DNA of 59,493 nucleotides from assembly GCA_030696105.1 (NCBI GenBank), contig JAUYNJ010000006.1, forward strand, positions 1 through 59,493, given 5' to 3'. The notes under the pieces are model-generated. The model was not told where the DNA came from. It searched no databases and was given only the letters and a program-made list of their open reading frames with translations. The position numbers were made by a program, and so were the translations under genes. This DNA comes from a bacterium (GTDB lineage: Bacteria; Patescibacteriota; Patescibacteriia; Patescibacteriales; UBA12465). Positions 24,765 through 32,900 of this stretch are shown here, piece after piece (within the stretch, counting starts at the first letter, position 1; each line of letters opens with the position of its first letter).

Positions 24765-25751
24765 TTATTTTTTCATTAAAGTCACTGCCATCATTCTGAA
24801 GATTTCCAGATAGGGGGCAGTTTCGCCTGATCTAATATATGATAGCACGTAGATCCGCGTGCCCTCCTCACCGAGAAAATAAGCAATATAACCATCAGCA
24901 CTGAAGATGCCGGGGCCAAAATTGCTATCAATAAAGCGATCTACGGTTAATGAGCCAACACCTGAAAACTGCGTTTTATACCAAGACAGGATATCATCGT
25001 ATCTCATTTCTGCATCTTCATAAGAAATTTGAATGAAAGACTCATCAGGCGCAGAAAATAAAGTTGCACCCGGGCTGACGGTGTTTACTTCCCAAGCATT
25101 TGGATATAAAAGCGCATAAGTTCCGTCAACTGGTGCGTATAAAGCCAGTTTACGGTTTTCAGATAATTTTCCAGGACCCGTTGGGTCGTAACCACTTAAG
25201 ATCTCAGAGAGATCATCGTAGCCGTCGCCATCACTATCAGCGGATTGAGGATTTGTTCCTAAATATAATTCAGCGGCATCACTTAAACCGTCTCCATCAG
25301 CGTCAGCTGGCACCGGCAAGACAATTTCTACTACAGCAGTCTCCGCTACTTCCTCAGAGCTCGTAGCTACCGTCTCAATAACTGGCGTCTCTGGCACAAT
25401 TATATCGACTGGCGTCGCTACCTCAGCGACTATTGGCGAAGCCACTGTCTCCTGGACAACAACTTGATTGCTTCCCTTCATCGCAGGCACAATTAAAAAA
25501 CGATAAGCTAAAAAAAACAGCACGCCAACCACCACAATGCCGGACCCAATTATAATTAGGCCCGTTGATTTAGCTTTGTCATGGTTCTCATGATTTTTAG
25601 AAAAAGTACTTTTATCATTGCCACTGCCATCATAGCTGGTCGCACTAAAGCGAGAAAATGATGGCATGTTTTTTACCGTAAAATCCTTTTCTAATTTCGA
25701 CCACATTTCATCATTAGTTTTTTCTGATTCCTTAGTCTTAATTTTATTCAT
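24765..25751 (-). CDS. Single-pass membrane-anchored protein with thrombospondin type-3-like Ca-binding repeats and a C-terminal globular domain
   Basis: TM segment LIIIGSGIVVVGVLFFLAY, a P/V/T/E-rich linker, then DADGDGLSDAAE...DSDGDGYDDLSE. Confidence 0.7.
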   Translation of the reverse strand: MNKIKTKESEKTNDEMWSKLEKDFTVKNMPSFSRFSATSYDGSGNDKSTFSKNHENHDKAKSTGLIIIGSGIVVVGVLFFLAYRFLIVPAMKGSNQVVVQETVASPIVAEVATPVDIIVPETPVIETVATSSEEVAETAVVEIVLPVPADADGDGLSDAAELYLGTNPQSADSDGDGYDDLSEILSGYDPTGPGKLSENRKLALYAPVDGTYALLYPNAWEVNTVSPGATLFSAPDESFIQISYEDAEMRYDDILSWYKTQFSGVGSLTVDRFIDSNFGPGIFSADGYIAYFLGEEGTRIYVLSYIRSGETAPYLEIFRMMAVTLMKK

Positions 25752-25754
25752 AAT

Positions 25755-25949
25755 CTAAGCTGCTAAATAGTAAAAGCCGGCAAACACCAACATAGCTAGA
25801 AATACAACAGGCACAACCCAGTGCCAAGCTTTGCCGCGCAAAGGCATGTTCAATTTTGGCATCACGTGAATACGCAAATATAACCTGACGCCTTCTGGCC
25901 CGGTCTCTTTTTTTCGATATCCTTTTTTAGTTTCGTTGCTCATAGGCAA
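25755..25949 (-). CDS. Small membrane protein (uncertain)
   Basis: 64-aa ORF with one C-terminal TM, tightly packed between neighbours (gaps of 3 and 9 nt). Confidence 0.4.
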   Translation of the reverse strand: MPMSNETKKGYRKKETGPEGVRLYLRIHVMPKLNMPLRGKAWHWVVPVVFLAMLVFAGFYYLAA

Positions 25950-25958
25950 ATAGACAGA

Positions 25959-26624
25959 TTACTGTAGCTTACCTTCACCTTTAGGATTATAGCCATTCTT
26001 CACTTCGTCGCCATCGCTGAAGCCATCGCCATCAGTATCAGGATTTAAAGGGTCTGTACCGTAGATATATACCTCTTCATAATCTGAGAGGCCATCAAAA
26101 TCAGAGTCAATTAAATTTGGATCTGTGCCCAAAGCCATTTCCTGTGCGTCAGTGAGACTATCGCCATCAGAATCAACAGGGGCGACTACGACTGGAGCTT
26201 CAACCACTGGTGGAACGATGGGATTAATTACAGCAGGATCCTCAGCTATTGGTGAAACAACATTATTATCACCCGTTACCACATTTGTGTTAGTTGAGGT
26301 CGAGACTGGCGGAACGACGACGCCACTATTTACCGTTAAGGCATCATCTGCGCTTGGTTTGATGAACTTGGAATAAATAAGATAGGCAGCAGCTCCGATA
26401 ATTACCGCGCCCAACAAGATAATTAAAATTGATTTAATTTTTGGTCCGTGTTTGCCACCGTCTGCATCCCCTTCTCCATCATACTGTTGAGCGGCTAAGC
26501 CGGCAGGACTGGCTTCTATGTTTGCATCTCCTTGCGACACACGAGGAGTCGTGGCGTCGGTCTCAGCGAAGATGTCGTCGACCGCGGATTTAGTGGCGGG
26601 TTGATTGTTGAGTTCGTTAAACAT
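25959..26624 (-). CDS. Single-pass membrane-anchored protein with three thrombospondin type-3-like Ca-binding repeats
   Basis: TM segment [19 protein letters not shown], a P/V-rich linker, then [18 protein letters not shown] and DTDGDGFSD at the C-terminus. Confidence 0.7.
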   Translation of the reverse strand: MFNELNNQPATKSAVDDIFAETDATTPRVSQGDANIEASPAGLAAQQYDGEGDADGGKHGPKIKSILIILLGAVIIGAAAYLIYSKFIKPSADDALTVNSGVVVPPVSTSTNTNVVTGDNNVVSPIAEDPAVINPIVPPVVEAPVVVAPVDSDGDSLTDAQEMALGTDPNLIDSDFDGLSDYEEVYIYGTDPLNPDTDGDGFSDGDEVKNGYNPKGEGKLQ

Positions 26625-26704
26625 AATATTCTAAATTATTTTTAGCTGATAATATTTTTATTATAGATGATTTTGCTTAAAAATGCATCCTAAGAACTAA
26701 TTTT

Positions 26705-27001
26705 CTATTTGAGCGTCTCAATATCAGTAATAATATCTGTCTCATCGCGAATAATTTTGTACGATATTACCTCGCCGTTCTCGTCACGACCGAGAACTTG
26801 TACGCGCGTTGCTTCCTGCAAACCCAGCTCAATTTTTTCCTGATTTTCCATAAAGTGAATATCCTGTGGTCGCATTTCAGGAGTTATATCGGGCAAGGTC
26901 ACTCCGTGTTCTTTTTGCAAAAAAGAATAGATAGCCCAGGTTGACGCGAGCATAAGTAACACAATGATGACTGGAATCAATATTTTTTTTGGTAATTGCA
27001 T
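26705..27001 (-). CDS. Small N-terminally anchored protein
   Basis: 98-aa ORF with one N-terminal TM or signal anchor. Confidence 0.5.
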   Translation of the reverse strand: MQLPKKILIPVIIVLLMLASTWAIYSFLQKEHGVTLPDITPEMRPQDIHFMENQEKIELGLQEATRVQVLGRDENGEVISYKIIRDETDIITDIETLK

Positions 27002-27016
27002 ATTTTCTAAATTTTA

Positions 27017-29932
27017 TTAGTTTGCTTCACCACCCTCTGGATCTTCTTCGACAGCACAGTATACATAACTACTTGCACACATACTGTTCGCGCAACAAAC
27101 TTGGTTTACACCACATAAATGACTACCGATGTTGCAGCATTGTTGTGTTGCAGGATTATAACAAGTTGTTCCACAAAGCAGGTGGCCATCAATTGGACAA
27201 GGACCAGTATTTTCTACTTCACACGCACCATGGGGCCAGACCTCATTATTCCAAACATAGCCAGCCGTACAAGAGCAACTTATAGCCTCACAGTCATACT
27301 GTCCGTCGCAGTTATATAATCCAATCGAGCAACTGGCAATGCAGTTACCGCTAAGCGTTGAGCATTTATTTGAATTTATCCCGCAATTCTCAGGGTTTGT
27401 ACGGTAATAGCACTGGTCGCCGCAACGATATTGTGAGGGGCCACAGGCAGCGCATTCAGTATTACTTTCACAGCCGGGAACACTTGCGTCACAATCATAC
27501 CAACCTGCATTACAAACACACTGCCCAGCAATTGGTGATTGATTTGCGGCATCGCATTGGCAATCAGCTAAGCATTCACCGGTCTCCCATGGTATCGTCG
27601 ATCCTGAAGCTGTAACTAGTTTAACCTGACAAATACCATCGCCGCAATAGCCACCACCATCCTCGGGACCACCGCCGAGATATCCGCAAAATACTTTATT
27701 ACTAGGAACCGGAAAAGGCACAACAGTACCAACTTTAGTGTTGCAGCCGTATTGAAGATTTGAGTGACTGTTGCCAATTTTACCTCTATTTAAAATGATA
27801 CCACTTGTACCGTCACAGTCTTCGTGACCGTCATTATAATATCCACCGCGCCCCTCAAGGTTTGGCTGCTGCCTAACGCCGTCACCACAATAACTATTAA
27901 TACCAAGAGTAAATTCACGAATTGACTCAGCGCCAAACTCGTTCACCGCTTTTATTTTTATCGGGAAAGAGGGGTTGATAACCGTTGGCCTGCCCGTTAG
28001 AGCATAAAACAAACTCTGAGTAGCAGCGGTTGCTCGCTGCGATAAACCAAGGAAAGTGAGAATGCGATTAATAATCGACTTTGCCTCCAGTGGTGGCTCG
28101 CCTACTTGTGTGCTGCCACTAAGGCTAATGCCGGCAGGCAAAGGCCCAATAGCGCTGTAAGTGATAGTGTGATCGCCTTGCGTTCTCCAGCCTAAACCGC
28201 AGTAATATTGATAGCCGGCACGCACAGATTTTGCGCAGTTGAAATCCAACAAAGGATGCTCGGCTTTAACTAAAATATTAATCTGTCTAGTGGAAGCGTT
28301 ATTATAACTATCTCTTCCAGTGATAACGTAAACGAAGTTAGTGTCTCTTGAATACTGAGGTATCGTCAATAGGCTGTAATTTAAGGTGTAGTAAACAGTA
28401 TCCCCTACTCGGTTTGAGGTCTCCCCTGAAAAAGTAGCGTTTGCTGGGGACAGCAAGTCAAATGGGCCTGAACTGTACTGTGCTTTGGTAATTGTATAGG
28501 AAACAGGCTGATGTTTATCTGTAATACTAAAGCGTATAGAAAGAGGCAGGACGGTGCTTGGGTAATATTGAATATCATCAGAATGAATCAGCGGCGCATT
28601 GTTTCTAATAACAATCGGGGTCACAGTTGCCAAATTACCACCTCGACCATCAGTCACGGTTAACGACATATTGTAAGTACCAGGAGCGCCCGCAGATTGC
28701 GCATATATTTTTTTCTGATTTGGGTTAGTGGTGTCCATGAGAATTGGTGGAGCACCAGCGACATTATTATTTTTCCAACCAGACCAGGTTGTACCGCCCG
28801 TATTCAATGACCACTGCAAAGGGTTACCTTCCGGATCTAACACCCTAATTGAGCCATTGAATGCTTGGTCAGTTTCGCCCTGAAGGTTTGTAGAGATAAG
28901 AACCGGAGCACTATTATTACTGGAACCGATGTAAGCAGCTCCACTTAACACACAACCGAAATCTTCTAACTGCCCCTCGGCGGTGTTGTAACCTAGAGCC
29001 TTTGTTTCCATAGAAGCACAGAGACTGAAGTTAGAACCGGTGGCGTCACCGCTATAGACGTAAGCGTAACTTCCAGCCGGCAGCTCAAGAGTACTGTCAT
29101 TTGGTTGAGGGTCACCAAAAGTTCTTGTCTCCTCATTCCAGCAAGTTATCGGATCAAAGCCTGCGCAAGCACCGAGACTGTTTATTGGGTCAACTAATTT
29201 TTGTGCTGCACCTAATTGTGGCAGAAACAAAGATTGCCAACTTGGCCAAACAGAAATTGAATTCAAGGGAATATAGGTACCAGCACCAAGCACTGGATAT
29301 TTATTGTTCTTGTTTTTAAAATTTGCTAGGGCAAAACGAATTTCACCAAGGGAACCGAGGCGTCTGACATCGCGAGCTACTTTTGAACGCAGGTTGTCAC
29401 AGAATATTCCCTGACCACAATCCTCATCGGTGTAGCAAACATCGTTACCGGCGACGCAGTCCCCAGAAGAGGCGCAGCGTATGGTTGAAATTGCACACTG
29501 GCCAGCAGCGCTTAAATTACTATTAAACTTCCAATGTTTAACAATCTGTCCTAAAACATCAACTGTTTTAAAATCGGGATTTTGATTATATGAAATCAAG
29601 TAGATATTAGTATAAATCGTTCCATTATTAGTATCTACATTGGCGGCATTGACATAAACGGTACGCCCATCACGAACGGCGTCGTAACCATCGACAACAA
29701 GGGATTGAGGTGAGCCAGAAAATCCTTGATTACTATACCAGCGCGACGCACTGTAATGATTTGGGTTGGGTAAAATACGAACCGCAATGACATCATTGTC
29801 CTCACCTATTGCTCCAGCTCCAAATTGTGAGACATCAGGAGCTCCCTCGGCCGCTTTACCGGCAAGTGGCCACAATAATATAAGCAGGGCAGCAAGCCCG
29901 GCTAACTTAAAAAAGTAGCGATAGTTCTTCAT
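27017..29932 (-). CDS. Secreted 971-aa cysteine-rich protein with an internal pilin-head-like motif and a Cys-dense C-terminal tail
   Basis: Sec-type signal peptide. SKVARDVRRLGSLGEIRFALANFKNKNNKYP...LVDPIN resembles the conserved start of type IV pilin/GspG globular domains. YCGDG...E(D/C)CD repeats. My hand count is about 48 Cys, 30 of them in the last roughly 210 aa. Confidence 0.75.
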   Translation of the reverse strand: MKNYRYFFKLAGLAALLILLWPLAGKAAEGAPDVSQFGAGAIGEDNDVIAVRILPNPNHYSASRWYSNQGFSGSPQSLVVDGYDAVRDGRTVYVNAANVDTNNGTIYTNIYLISYNQNPDFKTVDVLGQIVKHWKFNSNLSAAGQCAISTIRCASSGDCVAGNDVCYTDEDCGQGIFCDNLRSKVARDVRRLGSLGEIRFALANFKNKNNKYPVLGAGTYIPLNSISVWPSWQSLFLPQLGAAQKLVDPINSLGACAGFDPITCWNEETRTFGDPQPNDSTLELPAGSYAYVYSGDATGSNFSLCASMETKALGYNTAEGQLEDFGCVLSGAAYIGSSNNSAPVLISTNLQGETDQAFNGSIRVLDPEGNPLQWSLNTGGTTWSGWKNNNVAGAPPILMDTTNPNQKKIYAQSAGAPGTYNMSLTVTDGRGGNLATVTPIVIRNNAPLIHSDDIQYYPSTVLPLSIRFSITDKHQPVSYTITKAQYSSGPFDLLSPANATFSGETSNRVGDTVYYTLNYSLLTIPQYSRDTNFVYVITGRDSYNNASTRQINILVKAEHPLLDFNCAKSVRAGYQYYCGLGWRTQGDHTITYSAIGPLPAGISLSGSTQVGEPPLEAKSIINRILTFLGLSQRATAATQSLFYALTGRPTVINPSFPIKIKAVNEFGAESIREFTLGINSYCGDGVRQQPNLEGRGGYYNDGHEDCDGTSGIILNRGKIGNSHSNLQYGCNTKVGTVVPFPVPSNKVFCGYLGGGPEDGGGYCGDGICQVKLVTASGSTIPWETGECLADCQCDAANQSPIAGQCVCNAGWYDCDASVPGCESNTECAACGPSQYRCGDQCYYRTNPENCGINSNKCSTLSGNCIASCSIGLYNCDGQYDCEAISCSCTAGYVWNNEVWPHGACEVENTGPCPIDGHLLCGTTCYNPATQQCCNIGSHLCGVNQVCCANSMCASSYVYCAVEEDPEGGEAN

Positions 29933-29955
29933 AAATTAAAGTTTTAACTTTTATA

Positions 29956-32900
29956 TTACTGCGCAGCAACTAGATTAATTACTATTTCCGTCGATTTATT
30001 ACTTTCATTATTTGATGCATCGAGCGCCGATAAACTGAAATAATGATTACCCGCGCTAAAGCCAACGGAGCTAATTTCAATGAAAGAGGCACCATTTTCA
30101 GAGTCAAAGGATTCGCCATATTGACCGCTGGAAACACCGTGATACAGGCGGTGAAACAAGGCGCCGGTCTGTAGGCCGTGCCAAGTAAACCTGATACGTT
30201 GACCACTTTGAATTGTCCCTACTAAGCCTTGCGGAGTCGCGGGTGCAATTTGATCAGTCACAGTCGCCTCTTTCTCGTTAGACAATACGCTTTCAACCTG
30301 GGCAGCGGAAATGGCTGACACCTTAAAACGGTGAGTCACATCAGTCTGTAAATTCTTTAATAGATAGCGACAAGTATATTGCTGACCTGAAGTCGGAGTT
30401 GTGGGAGTGCAAACGGTTCCCTGACCAGCAGCATAGATATCAGTCGGCTTCACATCAAGGAACGACATGTTTCCAGAATTAATGGGCGCGTAATATAACC
30501 GGAATCTGCCCATCTGCGCAGGATTAGCGTTATAAATTAAATTAGAAGAGCTGTTCCATTCGAGTCTAACGGTTTCACCATCCTGCTCGTCAACAGCGGC
30601 TGTAATAGCCCCCGCCTGGGGCGTCGACTCCTTGAAGAAATATGATTCCTTAAGCACGTCCCAAATACAGAAACCGTCACCGACGCCATCGAAATTATTA
30701 TCAGGCCCACAGGTGGCGCCAACATTAGAACAAGCGCTTCTGCCCTCACTGCAAATTAAAGCGCTGCCAGTGCCGCGAATGACTGCGGGGTTAATCATGG
30801 CTGGCAAATCATCGCTAAAGCCATCTTTGCCCGCATCGCGGCAATAATAGAATTTATAGTTATAGGGCTGACAGTTACCAATAGCACCGGCGCAAGTATC
30901 CACCCAAGGAGACCAACTCTGAGTTAGCGGGTTAACCGGCGGCCAAGGATTTTTACATAAGAAGATATATAGTGGAGTTTCACCGACTAAACCGTCACCA
31001 TCGTCATAAGCATTACAACAGTTATTGATACAATTTGGTTCCGCACAAACACAGGATGATGAAGGGTTACACTGCGGCTCCAAGAAGCGATCCATATTGA
31101 TAGTCGAGCGCAGCATGGTTGAATCATCCGTAACTCCACTAGTCATCTCGACGAAGGCTCGATTATTTTCTAGGCCGGTGATTGAACGAATCGATGCGAT
31201 TGAACTTTTTACAACATTCCATTGCCAATCCCAGAAATATCCCTGAGTCGGATAAAGAATCTGACCATTAGAACTAAAGGCGCGCACCGCAAATACCTTA
31301 TCGCGATCACTCTTAGTATCAAAACTATTACTCTGTGGATCCGTGTCATTTTCATTTAAATCATTGGCGTCATTTTGGAATAAATAAGAGGAAGGTTCTG
31401 TCTGAGTATAATCAACCATACAAATACCGCCATTTGCACCCTGTGCTGGTAATGTGGCGAACGAAGCGATATAGGAATTACTGAACGCTAGGTTGTTAAA
31501 GGTGATGCCACTACCTTCAACATAAACGTTGCCGTTAAGGTCTAAGTAGCCACGACCATTCATGCCTAACTGCCAAGAACTCATGACGCCAGAGTTACTG
31601 TCAAGAACCTGATCTCCCTTAACAACGACATAATAATTAGAACCAGCGGCTAATAACTTTTGGGGGGTGAAAGTAGCCGTGGTGCGGTTACCATTATTAG
31701 TGGCTGAAACTGTTCCCGGAACTGAACAATAGAGCTTTGAGGCATCAGGGATGCCAGCCAAAGCCGAGCCTGATTTTAACCCAGTTGTGCTTAAAATTGT
31801 TCTAGTTACTTGAGCTAAGCGCGCTGCAAGTCGTTCAAACCAATTGCGTTGCGGTGTTACAAAACCGTCTAGAGCTGCCACGAAAGTGCCTGCCGGGCAG
31901 ATGCCAACACCATATTCATGCTCCTCTAACAAAATAATATTACTCATTAAACTTACTGGATCCATCAACTGATCAAAAGGAATGCTAATCGACGCATTAC
32001 GACAAACGCCGCTCGTGCCGTGAGCTGGGTTCAAAGCGCTTTCAATAACAGACGGACGCGCCCTGCAACAAGTGCCAGAATCGCAGCCTACATTCTCAAG
32101 GTCGCCACAATCAAGGTCCGCGCTACAACCGCAACAGAGTCCGCGGTTTTCACCTGAACAAGGAGCTTGGTCAGGCTTACAGACAAGATTAAGACCACCA
32201 CTATTTAAACTACTACAGGAAGCTGCATTGCCGACCTCACAACAACAGGCGCCACAATCACCACCTGGTAAACCGGCGCCGCCGCCTTCAGCTAAACAAG
32301 CATAGGGCGAGCCGCAGAAGGAGGTATTACAAGTCGGATCAAAAGTGCTAACACTTAGACAGTCAGTTCCAGGCAAGGGCTTAATATCAGCATAAGGGCA
32401 GTCCCTTACGCACTCACTTTTGCTCTTATAATCTCCTGTTCTGAGCTTCACGTCAGTTTCACACTGCTTATCAAGTGGAGGCGCCTTACAATCATAGTAG
32501 GCACAGTAGCCGTCATCGGTCTTATCAGTGCCACCAACACATTCATTTTGTTCAAAATCATAACAACATTTAGCCGAAGCGCCGCAGGCCGCTTGGTCGC
32601 CATTATATTGGCTGCAAGCGGTACCACCAGGATTAGCTTCACAACCACTAACACACTTAAAGATACTGGTAAACTCGCCGTACATTGTCGGCGTAGTTGA
32701 TGCGCACTGAGCTGGGTCACCAGGAGGTGTGGAGCTTGGACTTGCACAATCATAGAAAGCGCAATATCCAAATTCTGGGGCGTTTTCATCAGTTGTAATT
32801 AACTGACCGCTTCCACCAGTACAAACATCATCAGATGGGTCAGCGGTTCCTTTAGAATTAAGGCAGCAAGTCGCACTGTGAACTAAACAATCATCAGCCG

